Source: Hyalangium minutum
GTDB taxonomy: Bacteria; Myxococcota; Myxococcia; Myxococcales; Myxococcaceae
Reading direction: 5' to 3'
DNA length: 64,000 nucleotides
Assembly: GCF_000737315.1 (NCBI RefSeq)
Contig: NZ_JMCB01000006.1
Span: 186,001-250,000, forward strand
The translations under genes were made by a program, and so were the position numbers. Shown piece after piece: positions 1 to 9,359 of the stretch (positions are counted from its first letter, which is position 1; the number at the start of each line of letters is the position of its first letter). The notes beneath the pieces are model-generated. The model had not been told where the DNA came from. It worked only from the letters and a program-made list of their open reading frames with translations, and did not search any database.

Positions 1-3000
1 GAGCGCCTGCAGGTGCGCCAGTCCGATGAGGGACAGCGGCCCGGCCTGCTCATCCGTCGCCCCGGCGCTCGCCAGCTCCAGCCCCTTCTCGTACGCGGCC
101 TTCGCCTCGATGTGCCGGCCCGCCACGAACTCCACATCCCCCAGGTACGCGTAGGACAGACACAGCCCATGGGTGGTGCCCTGCTGCCGCGCCAGCCCCA
201 GCGCATGCACCAGCAGGTGCCGCGCCCGATCCAGCTGCCCCACATGGAACTGGTGCCGCCCCGCGTAGGCCGTGCCCATGCACAGGTACAGCCCCGTAAT
301 ATGGTGGGCCTCGGTGAAGGCGAGCAGCTCCGCGCTGCGCTGCACCCCCTCGTCCCAGCGGAACTCCGCCTCTGCGATGGCCGCGTAACAGAAGGTGGAA
401 GCCGCCATCCGCACCGGGTTGCCCAGCCTCAAGGCAATGCGCGCCGCCGACGCCGCGTACTCCCGGGCCCGCTTGAACTCGCCGCCATATGCCAGCCCCA
501 ACGCGAGCATCCCCTCGGCGTGCGTCTGCTCCACATACTCCCCCGCCTCCGCCGACTGCTGCGCCACCTCCGTGAGCATGGAGATGGAGGGCCCGAACCG
601 CCCCCACCCCGACAGCGCTCTCCCCATGATGCTCAACGGAGCATGGAGGTAGGAGCGCAGGTTCGGCTCCATGGCCGCCTCCAAGCACAGCTCGCTGTAC
701 TCCAGCGCCTTCGGGAAGTTGCCCTGCGCGTAGTACGCGCCCGCCCACGAGCTGTTGAGCGCCGCCTGCTGCTCCATCGTGGGGTCCTGCAGCAGCGCCT
801 GCCCCTGCTCCAGGTACCGGAGCATCTCCACCGCACTGCCCAGCAAGCACCCGATGCGCACCAGCCAATACAAGGAGCGCACCAGCACCTCATCCCGCTC
901 GGCCGAGGGAGGCTGAGCACTGGCCACGGTGAACGCCTTGCGCAGGTGCTGGTTGGCGCCGATGGGGTCCAACAACCGGTCCGCCTCCAGCCCTGCCTCC
1001 AGGTACGCACTGGCCGCCCGCACCGGCTGGCCCGCCTTCTCCCAGTGGTAGCCCTGCGTCCCCGGCGGGGCCTTGCGCTGCTGCAGCCGCTCGCCGATGC
1101 GCCGGTGGATGTCCTGCACGTTCTCCAGCCGCCCATCCGCCGCCAGCCGCTCGCGCAGCGTGTCATGCGCGAAGGTGCACCGGTCCCCCGCCACCACCAG
1201 CAGCCGCGCCTCCTCCGCCTCGGTGATGGCGGTGTGCACCTCTAGAGGAGAGAACAGCCCCAGCGCCTCCAGGTCCGACAGCCGGAACCGCCGGTCGAAG
1301 AGCGCGGCCACCCGCAGGACCTTCAGCACCCGCTCGTCCAGCCGCTCCAGCGCGCGCCCCACCACCGTGGAGACGGAGTCCGGAGGCCGGTACTCCCCAC
1401 TCAACCGGTCTGACAACCGGACACGCCCATCCGCCTCCCGGCTGAGGTAGTTCCCCAGCTGCAAGTCTCGAATGATCTGCGCGGCGACCAGCGGGTTGCC
1501 ACTGGCCAGGAACGGCACGGCCTGGACCAGGGCCTTCACCACGGCCGGGCTGGCGCCCCCCGCAAGCTGCGCCAGGAGCTGGCCGTTCTCCAGAGAGCTG
1601 AGCGCATCCAGGGTGAGCATCTCCAGCTCGCCGGTCTGCGCCAGGCGCGGCGGCGGCCGGGTGGTCGCCAGCAGCAGCACACCGGGAGGAGGGGCGGCGC
1701 TGATCCGCGAGAGCACGGCCAGGGTGCCCTCGTCCGCCGAGTGCACATCCTCCAGCACCAGCACCATCGGCCGCGCGGTACCAACGGCGGTGAGCAGGTG
1801 CATCAGCGCCTTGCCCACCCGCTCCGGCCCGAGCCCCTGGACGAGCACGCCCTCGGTGTCGCGCTCGGCGCCCTCCGGCAGCAGGCGGCTCAGCTCCGGC
1901 ACCAGCCGCCGCAGCTCCTGGGCCTCGCCCGCGAGCGCCTGCCCCGCCAGATGGCGCACCCGGTGCCCAGGCTCGCTGCGGATGCCCAGCAGCACCTCCA
2001 CCAGCTGCCCCAGCGCCTCGCGCAGCGGAGAGCACGGCACCAGCTCGCCCAGCTGCCGGCAGCGGCCGTACGTCACCAGCACCCGGGCGCTCACCTCGGG
2101 CGAGAGCAGCACCTCGGAGATGAGGCGGCTCTTCCCAATGCCGGCCTCGCCCACCACCATGAGCGCGCGGCCCTGGCGATCTCCCACCGAGTCCACCGCC
2201 TCGCGCAGCAGGGCCACCTCGCGAGCGCGGCCGACGAACGGCGCATTGTCCGAGGAGACCATCTCCGGAGGCAGGGGAGGCGGCGCCCAGTCGCTGGTGT
2301 TGCCGTGGAGCAGCTCGAAGTAGAGCCCCTTCAGGCGGCTGGCCAGCTGGCTCGCGCCGCCAAACCGGTGCGCCACGTCCGGCGCCAGCAGGGAGCGCAC
2401 CAGCGCCGCCACCGGGGGAGGCACCAAGGGCGCCACCTGCTCCAGCGGCGTCATCTTCCCCGCCCGCTTGAGCGAGCCCAGCGCCGCGTACGAGGCGTTG
2501 GTGGGGAACGGCAGGATGCACGCGAGCATCTCGTACAGCAGCGTCCCCAGGGAGAAGAGGTCCGCCTTCTCGGAGAACTCGCCCGTGCCGAAGAAGCACT
2601 CGGGGGCCATGTAGGCCAGCGTCCCGGCCATGGGCCCCCCCTCGTGCGTCCGGAAGCCGCCGGACAGCCGGGCCAGGCCGAAGTCCAGCACCTTCACCTT
2701 CGGCTCCACGGGGTCCGTAATAATGATGTTGGCCGGCTTGAGGTCCAGGTGGAGGACCTTGGAGTCGTGGCAGTAGGCCAGCGCCTCGGCGATGCGGCGC
2801 GTCAGTTGCAGGGCCTCCAGCACTTCCAGCGAGCCGCGCTCCTGAAGGTAGTTCCCCAGCACCACCCCGTGCACCAGCTCCATCACCAGATAGAGCCGCC
2901 CATCCTCCAGGAAGCCGTAGCCGAGCACCTCCACCAGCGCGGGGTGCCGCAGCCGCGCCAGCGCCTCAATCTCGTTCTGCTGCCAGACGAGCTGCTGCGC

Positions 3001-3195
3001 GGTGATGTTGCGGGCGGAGTGCTTGCTGACCTTGATGGCGACCTGCCGCTGCTCCGGGCCGCGCGCGCGGTACACCACGCCGAAGCCGCCCGAGCTGAGC
3101 ACGTCCTCGATGACATACGCCCCCACCGGCGTCCCCGGTTCGAGCGTACGGGGGACACCCTTCACATCGGATTTCTCCGGCGAAGGCAGTGCCAT
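1..3195 (-). CDS. Ser/Thr protein kinase + AAA_16/STAND-type ATPase + TPR-like helical region (C-terminus runs off the window)
   Basis: Translated by hand from the ATG at 3195; sampled segments stay in one frame down to base 1 (absent from the ORF track, presumably because its stop lies outside the window). Kinase motifs SSGGFGVVY, VAIK, HLDLKPAN, DFG, GTLAYMAPE; then PFVGRARE, Walker A GEAGIGKS, Walker B LVLEDVH; Ala/Leu-rich helical repeats follow. Confidence 0.9.
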   Translation of the reverse strand, partial: MALPSPEKSDVKGVPRTLEPGTPVGAYVIEDVLSSGGFGVVYRARGPEQRQVAIKVSKHSARNITAQQLVWQQNEIEALARLRHPALVEVLGYGFLEDGRLYLVMELVHGVVLGNYLQERGSLEVLEALQLTRRIAEALAYCHDSKVLHLDLKPANIIITDPVEPKVKVLDFGLARLSGGFRTHEGGPMAGTLAYMAPECFFGTGEFSEKADLFSLGTLLYEMLACILPFPTNASYAALGSLKRAGKMTPLEQVAPLVPPPVAALVRSLLAPDVAHRFGGASQLASRLKGLYFELLHGNTSDWAPPPLPPEMVSSDNAPFVGRAREVALLREAVDSVGDRQGRALMVVGEAGIGKSRLISEVLLSPEVSARVLVTYGRCRQLGELVPCSPLREALGQLVEVLLGIRSEPGHRVRHLAGQALAGEAQELRRLVPELSRLLPEGAERDTEGVLVQGLGPERVGKALMHLLTAVGTARPMVLVLEDVHSADEGTLAVLSRISAAPPPGVLLLATTRPPPRLAQTGELEMLTLDALSSLENGQLLAQLAGGASPAVVKALVQAVPFLASGNPLVAAQIIRDLQLGNYLSREADGRVRLSDRLSGEYRPPDSVSTVVGRALERLDERVLKVLRVAALFDRRFRLSDLEALGLFSPLEVHTAITEAEEARLLVVAGDRCTFAHDTLRERLAADGRLENVQDIHRRIGERLQQRKAPPGTQGYHWEKAGQPVRAASAYLEAGLEADRLLDPIGANQHLRKAFTVASAQPPSAERDEVLVRSLYWLVRIGCLLGSAVEMLRYLEQGQALLQDPTMEQQAALNSSWAGAYYAQGNFPKALEYSELCLEAAMEPNLRSYLHAPLSIMGRALSGWGRFGPSISMLTEVAQQSAEAGEYVEQTHAEGMLALGLAYGGEFKRAREYAASAARIALRLGNPVRMAASTFCYAAIAEAEFRWDEGVQRSAELLAFTEAHHITGLYLCMGTAYAGRHQFHVGQLDRARHLLVHALGLARQQGTTHGLCLSYAYLGDVEFVAGRHIEAKAAYEKGLELASAGATDEQAGPLSLIGLAHLQAL

Positions 3196-3424
3196 GATCC
3201 TGGAAAATGCCGATCATGCCACCGCGGGGCGGATGAAGCGAATACGTCACCCGGCGGAGGCACTGTGGGGGCATGCATGACCCAACCCGTCACGTCCTCG
3301 CCCGGAGAGAGACCCTCTCGGCCGGATGAACCGTTGGGTGGCCAACGGGGCGAGCCTCTCCAGTCCCCTGGAGGAGCGCCCCCTGCCTCATCTGGCACGG
3401 CTGCTCGCCGGTCGGGAGACCCGC

Positions 3425-4537
3425 TCAGTGCGCGGCGGCCAGGGACGGGATGCCCGCCAGCGCCGGAGGCCGTACGAAGTGGCCATACCTGCGGCTCGCG
3501 GCGTACCAGGCCACGTGTCCGTTCACGTTGTAGAGCAGCGTGTCGACGAACCCGAGCATGTGGCGGTCCTCCGGGAAGGACTCCCGGAGCTTGAGCGCGA
3601 TATAGGTGATGTCCGCGGCCAGGGAGTTGAGCCGGTCGAGCAGCGACTTGAAGCGGCGCAGCAAGGCCTCGCGGTCCTGCCCCCGGTCGAGCAGCAGCAC
3701 GTTGTCCAGCTCGCCGCACGCCAGCTCCTTGGCCAGCGAGAACACATCATTGACGAGGATGATGTGCCGGCAGGTGTTGGTGAGCAGCAGCTTCACGGGG
3801 TGCATCTCGCGGTGCTCGCGGCTCAGGCGGATGCGCTGGATGGCGAGGAACGCCTCGACTGACTGCACATAGGTGATGGTCTGCTCCCGGTTGTGCATGT
3901 ACGTGGACACCGTGGGCATGTACCCGGTCTCCGTATGCGCGCCATGCTCCCAGGCCACCGCGTCGAAGTAGTTCGCCATGCTGGCGATGAACCAGGCCAG
4001 CGGCATGTCCGTCTCCAGGCCCAGCTCGCGGATGTCCCGCAGCGCCTCGCAGAACGACTCGAGCAGCGGGAACTCGGAGGCCGGAGGGCTCAGCGCGCTC
4101 GGCACCTCGCCGGTGAGCATGCTCATGAAGAGCCCGAACGTCTTCTGGAGCTGGCTGTAGGGCAGGTATTGCGCGCCCGCGCGCAGGTCAATCATGTTGT
4201 CCAGCGCGTCATCCAGCGTGAAGAAGAACGCCTGCAGGTAGATGAACCACTTGGTGCGGTGGACGGGCAGCTGCGGCAGCGTGCACGCCGCCAGCGCCGC
4301 CAGCTGCGTCTGGCCGAACTTGTGGAAGTACGGCTCGCCCTCTCGAATGAGTCCCTTCCGCAGCGCCCAGGTGATGCACTCCTGCTCCGCTCGGGCGACA
4401 TCCGCGGGCGAAGACACGGGGTGCGGCCACCCATGGCCGGGCGCATTCAAGAGGTGCAGGTGCCCCTCCAGGCGCACCTGCGCGACGTTTCCGAGGTCAA
4501 ACTCAACAGCCAGCGGGGAGTGCTTGTCGAGAGGCAT
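3425..4537 (-). CDS. Class I terpene synthase/cyclase (single domain, about 370 aa)
   Basis: DDxxD motif (TLDDALD), NSE motif (NDVFSLAKE), C-terminal WxxxxxRY (WYAASRRY). GGAGG RBS lies 9 nt before the ATG at 4537; the 5281 start in the ORF track is a spurious extension. Confidence 0.92.
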   Translation of the reverse strand: MPLDKHSPLAVEFDLGNVAQVRLEGHLHLLNAPGHGWPHPVSSPADVARAEQECITWALRKGLIREGEPYFHKFGQTQLAALAACTLPQLPVHRTKWFIYLQAFFFTLDDALDNMIDLRAGAQYLPYSQLQKTFGLFMSMLTGEVPSALSPPASEFPLLESFCEALRDIRELGLETDMPLAWFIASMANYFDAVAWEHGAHTETGYMPTVSTYMHNREQTITYVQSVEAFLAIQRIRLSREHREMHPVKLLLTNTCRHIILVNDVFSLAKELACGELDNVLLLDRGQDREALLRRFKSLLDRLNSLAADITYIALKLRESFPEDRHMLGFVDTLLYNVNGHVAWYAASRRYGHFVRPPALAGIPSLAAAH

Positions 4538-4723
4538 GGCGGGGATCCTCCAACACAGACATCGTACGTCAGTGACACGGCAGGCTTCCCCTCGGAAACA
4601 CGCGAGACATGAATCACAGTCACCGTGAAAAAGGCCGTTCATCCTCTCTCTTTTCCAAGGGCGCGCGGTGTCCGTGATTACCCAGCGCGTGAACCCGGCC
4701 CTCCCGCCTAGCCTGTGCGGGAC

Positions 4724-5323
4724 ATGGATCCCACCCCGCTCGTCGTCGTCGCCGTCATCGCCATCCTCGGTGTCGCGATCTTCTCCATCGTCAACCAGGG
4801 CCAGAAGCGAAAGGCCCTCTGGGAGATGCTGGCCGGACAGCTCGGGCTGGAGCACCGCGGGAGCGTGCTGCTGGGCGAATACCAGGGCGTGCCAGTGCGC
4901 ATTGCCGTGGAGACGCGGCGCAACCCCCACGGCTATGACCAGCTCTGCGTGGTGCGAGCGGACATCCCGGGTGCACTGCCTGAGGGCTTCGTTGCCGCAC
5001 CGCGCCGTTGGACGTCGGGACTGGACCGGATGCTGGCCGACAACACCTTCCAGGCCTCGGACCCCGCGCTCCAGGAGTGCTACGTCTTCCAGAGCGACCA
5101 GCCCCAGCAAGGCCAGGCGCTCATCTATGAGCCCGAGGCGCAGAAGGCCCTGCTGGAGCTCTACAGCCCCAAGCGCGTGGGCTTCGTGGAGAAGAACCGG
5201 GTCCACGTCGCGTACACGGGGCTGGTGGAGGACGCCGAGGAGCTCCGCGCGGCCCTGCTGGACGTGACGCAGACAGCGCACACCCTGGCCCGGGCCCAGG
5301 CGCGCCTCGCGCAGGGCGCCTAG
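4724..5323 (+). CDS. Membrane-anchored hypothetical protein
   Basis: N-terminal hydrophobic helix (LVVVAVIAILGVAIFSIV) followed by a soluble domain; typical GC3 codon bias; divergent from the terpene synthase. Confidence 0.75.
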   Translation: MDPTPLVVVAVIAILGVAIFSIVNQGQKRKALWEMLAGQLGLEHRGSVLLGEYQGVPVRIAVETRRNPHGYDQLCVVRADIPGALPEGFVAAPRRWTSGLDRMLADNTFQASDPALQECYVFQSDQPQQGQALIYEPEAQKALLELYSPKRVGFVEKNRVHVAYTGLVEDAEELRAALLDVTQTAHTLARAQARLAQGA

Positions 5324-5332
5324 CCCCGGCGC

Positions 5333-5710
5333 TCAGCCCCGCCCGGGGCTCAGCAGCCGCTCCAGGCACGCCAGCAGCTCGTCCACGTGTGCGCCCTTGT
5401 GGAACACGGCATCCACCTGCACGGGCGGCGCGGCGCGGCCCTGGCCGGAGACGAGGACGATCTTCGCCGCGGGCACCCGGCGGCGCACCAACGGAATCAG
5501 CTCCCGCGCGTCCCCATCCCCGAGGCTCCAGTCCATCAGGACGGCGTCGTAGCGCGGCTGTCCCTCCAGGAGCTGGCCCGCCTGGGGCAGCGACTCCGCG
5601 ACGGCCACGGTGAAGCCCGCCTCCTCCAGCACTGCGGAGAGCGTCAGCCAGTTGGCTGGGTCGTCCTCCACCAGCAGCACGCTCCGGTGCGGTGTCCCCG
5701 AGTTCTCCAT
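5333..5710 (-). CDS. Single-domain response regulator (receiver)
   Basis: VLLVEDD, phosphoacceptor VLMD, VSG, conserved Lys (FHKG). Confidence 0.9.
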   Translation of the reverse strand: MENSGTPHRSVLLVEDDPANWLTLSAVLEEAGFTVAVAESLPQAGQLLEGQPRYDAVLMDWSLGDGDARELIPLVRRRVPAAKIVLVSGQGRAAPPVQVDAVFHKGAHVDELLACLERLLSPGRG

Positions 5711-5734
5711 CGGTGCCCCTCCCTCGGTGCCCGC

Positions 5735-6454
5735 TCAGGTACTGCGGGCGGCGCCGGCCTCGTCGGCGATGGGGAAGGAGACCTGGACCCGCGTGCCCAC
5801 CGGCTCGGCGGGCTTCAGCTCCACCCACGCGCGGCAGCGCAGCGCCAGCCGCTGGACGATGCACAGCCCCAGGCCCGCGTGCCCCGCCTTCGTCGTCATG
5901 AAGGGCTCGAACACCCGCGTCCGGAGCTCCTCGGGGACGCCCGATCCGGTGTCGCTCACCTCCAAGACAACGCGGCCCTCGTCCGTCCGCAGCGTGCGCA
6001 TCGAGAGCAGGCCTCCGCGCGGCATCGCCTCCACGGCGTTCTCCACCAGGCAGCGGATGAGCAGCGTGAGGCGCGCCGTGTCCGCCTGCACCAGGGCCCG
6101 CTCCTGCCAGGTGCTCTCCACCCGCACGAGGGAGGGCACCCCCGCACGCGCCAGCGCCTCTTGCGCCACGTCACACAGCCGCAGCCGGGTGCTGTCCTCG
6201 TCGGGCACCGGCAGGCCCCGTGTGGACAGCACCTCCTCGGCGGAGACCAGCTCGCGGTCAATGAGCTGGAAGAACGTCTCCATCCGCGGATCCGTCTTCC
6301 ACAGCTCCGTCTTCTGCGCCTGGCGCATCAGGTAATAGGAAGCGTTGCGGATGCTGGAGAAGCGGTTGCGCAGGTCATGCCGCAGCACGGCCGTGACCAC
6401 CTCGGCCACTGCCGCACGCTCGCGGGCCTCCAGCCCAGGGGTTTGCTCGTCCAT
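5735..6454 (-). CDS. Cytoplasmic histidine kinase with no input domain
   Basis: H-box LRHDLRN at about residue 24, N-box LVENAVEAM, G1 DTGSGV, FEPF, G2 GHAGLGL; start MDEQ at 6454. Confidence 0.88.
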   Translation of the reverse strand: MDEQTPGLEARERAAVAEVVTAVLRHDLRNRFSSIRNASYYLMRQAQKTELWKTDPRMETFFQLIDRELVSAEEVLSTRGLPVPDEDSTRLRLCDVAQEALARAGVPSLVRVESTWQERALVQADTARLTLLIRCLVENAVEAMPRGGLLSMRTLRTDEGRVVLEVSDTGSGVPEELRTRVFEPFMTTKAGHAGLGLCIVQRLALRCRAWVELKPAEPVGTRVQVSFPIADEAGAARST

Positions 6455-6455
6455 G

Positions 6456-7199
6456 TCAGCTCCTCGCCAGGGCCCGGCCACGGGTCCGTGCAATCGTCTG
6501 TGCCAGCTCCCGGATGGAGATGGGCTTGCGCATGCAGGCGACATCCCCCAGTGCTGCCACCTGCCGCATCATCTCGGGGACTTCGTGCCCGGACACCGCG
6601 ATGAACGCCACGGGCTGACCCGAACCCCTCAGCCGCTCCACCACCTGCGCGCCCGTCATCCCCGGCATCACCAAGTCCACCACGCAGACATCGATCTTCC
6701 CGGTGCGCATGCGCTCCAGCGCCTCGTCCCCGTCGTACGCCGCCTGCGCCCGGATGCCGCAGAGGCGTAGCCCCTCCACCGTCGCCTCCGCCACGTCCTG
6801 CGAGTCATCCACCACCAACACCTCGGGTACGAGTGCCGCGCGGCGCAGCGTCCTCAACAGGTGCGCCACGTCGAACGGCTTGTGGAGCACGGTGAAGACG
6901 CCCTCGGCCAGCGCGTCCTCCACCAGGTTCTCCTGGGCGAACGCCGTCATCAGCACCACGGGCAACCCGGGCTGCTCGCGCCGCAGGTGGCGGGCCAGCT
7001 CCACGCCGTGCAGCCCCGGCATGCGGATGTCCGCCAGCACCACGTCCACCGGCCGCTGGCGCACCACCCGCAGCGCCTCCTCGCCCGTGGGGGCCTCCAC
7101 CACCTCGTGGCCCTCCAGCTCGAGGTTGGCGGCGAGCGTCACCCGCATCGACTCCTCGTCATCCACCACCAGGACGCGCGCCGGGCTCACGGGGCTCAC
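6456..7199 (-). CDS. Response regulator made of two tandem receiver domains
   Basis: Two complete REC motif sets (VLVVDD..LADIRMPG..MTA..KP and VLVVDD..VVDLVMPG..VSG..KP). The GTG start abuts the upstream stop codon. Confidence 0.9.
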   Translation of the reverse strand: MSPVSPARVLVVDDEESMRVTLAANLELEGHEVVEAPTGEEALRVVRQRPVDVVLADIRMPGLHGVELARHLRREQPGLPVVLMTAFAQENLVEDALAEGVFTVLHKPFDVAHLLRTLRRAALVPEVLVVDDSQDVAEATVEGLRLCGIRAQAAYDGDEALERMRTGKIDVCVVDLVMPGMTGAQVVERLRGSGQPVAFIAVSGHEVPEMMRQVAALGDVACMRKPISIRELAQTIARTRGRALARS

Positions 7200-8615
7200 C
7201 TAGGCCGCTCGCGCCTGGGCCGGCGGCAACTGGATGACGAACTCACTGCCCCGGCCCTGCTCGCTCGACACCTGGAGCGTGCCGCCGTGGCGCTGCACCC
7301 GCGTGGCGACGATGGCCAGCCCCAGCCCCGTGCCCTCCTTCTTGGTGGTGAACAGCGGCTCGAAGATGCGCGGCAGCACGTCCGGCGGAATCCCGCCGCC
7401 ATCATCCACCACGCGCACGCGCAGCGGCTCGGCGCCGCCGCCGTCGGCCCGCACCACCACCTCGCCCGGGCGCCCCGCGGGAATGGCCTCCACCGCGTTC
7501 TGCACCAGGTTGATGAGCACCTGCCGGAACTGATCTCGGTCCAACAGCGGCACGGGCAGCGCCTCGGGCACCTGGTTGAGCACCCGCACCTGCTCGCGCG
7601 CGGGCACCACCCCCACCGCCTCCTCCACCAGCGGCCGCAGCGGACAGGGCTGGAGGCTCACCGGGCGCTCGCGCGCGAAGTCCAACAGGTCCGAGATGAT
7701 GCGCGCGCAGCTGTTCAGCTCCCGGTCCATCAACGCCAGGAACTGGGGCACGCGCGCGTCGTTCGCCAGCGGCTCCGGCCGTGCCAGGCGCTTGCAGAGG
7801 TACGCATGCGCGTTGCGCACGGCGGCCAGCGGGTTGCGCAGCTCATGGCCCACCCCGGCGGCCAGCTGGCCCACCGCCGCCAGCTTCTCCACCCGGATGA
7901 GGTGCTCCTGGGCACCCTTCAGCTCCGTCAGCGCCCGGTTCAGCTCCGCCGTCTTCTGGTGCTCGCGCTCGGAGGCCAGCTCCGCCACCGCGCGGCGCTC
8001 GGCCATCTCCCGCATCTCGCGCACCGCCTCGCGGATGGAGCGCAGCAGCACCAGGTCCAGGAACACCAGCCACACCGCGTGTTCCAGCAGCCGCCACCAC
8101 TCCGGGCTCGGCGTGCCGTAGATGGACTCCGGCCACAGCATGCCCCGCACCCAGTGGTCCAACACCACCACGCCGCTCGCGGTGAGCAGCACCGGCCACT
8201 CCCGGTAGAAGGCCAGGAACGTCAGCGAGCCCAGCGTGTGGAAGTGCGTCTCGATGCGCCCGCCCGTCAGGTGGATGAGCAGCGCGGACCAGAGCACCTG
8301 GCAGATGGCCACCGTGTGCCGGGTGAGCGAAGTACCGGGCCGCCGCCACACCTGGACAATGGTGACTGCGCTCAGCACCCCGCCGAGCACCACCGCCACC
8401 CAGATGTGCGAGTCAGCCGCCCGCGCCTTGCCTGCCCAGCCGTACGGCGAGAACACGGCCGCGAGGACGAGGGCCGCCAGCCACTGCGCGCCCATCAGCC
8501 AGGCGAAGAGCCGATCCACCCTCCGCCACACTTCCTGCTGGTGCTGAGAGAAGAGCCGGGCGACGCGCTCCTCGAGCTGCTCCGTCGCGCCGGGCTCCAC
8601 CACCGCCGGCTTCAT
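7200..8615 (-). CDS. Membrane sensor histidine kinase (multi-pass input domain + HisKA + HATPase_c)
   Basis: About six hydrophobic segments including LIHLTGGRIETHFH; coiled coil; H-box GHELRNPL, NLVQNAVEA, DDGGGI, FEPLFTTK, GTGLGL. Confidence 0.92.
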   Translation of the reverse strand: MKPAVVEPGATEQLEERVARLFSQHQQEVWRRVDRLFAWLMGAQWLAALVLAAVFSPYGWAGKARAADSHIWVAVVLGGVLSAVTIVQVWRRPGTSLTRHTVAICQVLWSALLIHLTGGRIETHFHTLGSLTFLAFYREWPVLLTASGVVVLDHWVRGMLWPESIYGTPSPEWWRLLEHAVWLVFLDLVLLRSIREAVREMREMAERRAVAELASEREHQKTAELNRALTELKGAQEHLIRVEKLAAVGQLAAGVGHELRNPLAAVRNAHAYLCKRLARPEPLANDARVPQFLALMDRELNSCARIISDLLDFARERPVSLQPCPLRPLVEEAVGVVPAREQVRVLNQVPEALPVPLLDRDQFRQVLINLVQNAVEAIPAGRPGEVVVRADGGGAEPLRVRVVDDGGGIPPDVLPRIFEPLFTTKKEGTGLGLAIVATRVQRHGGTLQVSSEQGRGSEFVIQLPPAQARAA

Positions 8616-8646
8616 GGCGGCAAGCCCTGTGCTGCGCTCCACGCCA

Positions 8647-9078
8647 TCACATCACCCGTTTCCAGGCCCCAAGCTCTGTCGTCAGCGAGCTCATCACCCG
8701 CTTGAGCCGCGCGGACTCCGCCGCGCGCTGCACAATCTCAATCAGGCGCTGCGGCTCGTACGGCTTGATGAGCAGGTAGTAGAGCCCCTGCATCTCGTAC
8801 TTGTCTCGCTTCTCCAGGTACTCGGCATGGCCGGTGACGAGCACCCCGGACATGTGCGGCTGGCGCGCCATCGCCTCGCGCAACAGCTGGATTCCGTTGC
8901 GACCCGGCATGTTGAAGTCCGTGCACAGCACGTCCACGCTGTTGCGCTCCATCAGCCGAAGCGCCTCGGTCGCATCCGGCGCCGTCAACACGCGGAAGTC
9001 CTCGGACAGGACCGCCGCCGCGGTGATGAGCACCGGGTGCTCATCATCAACCACCAGGACCGTGAGCCTCTCGTTCAT
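8647..9078 (-). CDS. Response regulator (receiver with short C-terminal helix)
   Basis: VLVVDDE, LCTDFNMPG, VTG, IKPY; start MNERL at 9078. Confidence 0.9.
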   Translation of the reverse strand: MNERLTVLVVDDEHPVLITAAAVLSEDFRVLTAPDATEALRLMERNSVDVLCTDFNMPGRNGIQLLREAMARQPHMSGVLVTGHAEYLEKRDKYEMQGLYYLLIKPYEPQRLIEIVQRAAESARLKRVMSSLTTELGAWKRVM

Positions 9079-9359
9079 GACTTCCAAGCGCCTCGTGGTA
9101 GCCCCCAACCTCGGGGTGGGTACAAGTAGGACAAGCGCCGGAGAACCCGGCACTGCCCGAGACGTTGTTGAAACACCGTACCCTGGGTGGATCGACACCG
9201 CCCCTCGCAGGCAGGGCTCAGGTTCGGCAGCGGACAAAGTCCGGCCCCAGGCTTTCCCAGAAGTCCTTTTTTTCACGCTATGACTTTCGGAAGTGAACGC
9301 TTGCGGGGCCTGCACGCTGATAGGTTGCGGCGGATCGCAGCCTCAGGGGGGCTCCCTTC

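Noticed and set aside
13-3594. ORF-track entries over the first 3.2 kb (13-1245, 1163-2599, 1741-3594 and others)
   Set aside because: The real gene is the minus-strand kinase frame starting at 3195, missing from the track because it lacks a stop in the window; the listed ORFs are off-frame or antisense.
3425-4537. Geosmin or 2-methylisoborneol synthase call
   Set aside because: Single domain of about 370 aa (geosmin synthase is bi-domain) and no GPP methyltransferase nearby.
4538-5281. N-terminal extension of the terpene synthase ORF to 618 aa (apparent fusion)
   Set aside because: It overlaps the divergent gene 4724-5323 in antisense, has no domain character, and a good RBS precedes ATG 4537.
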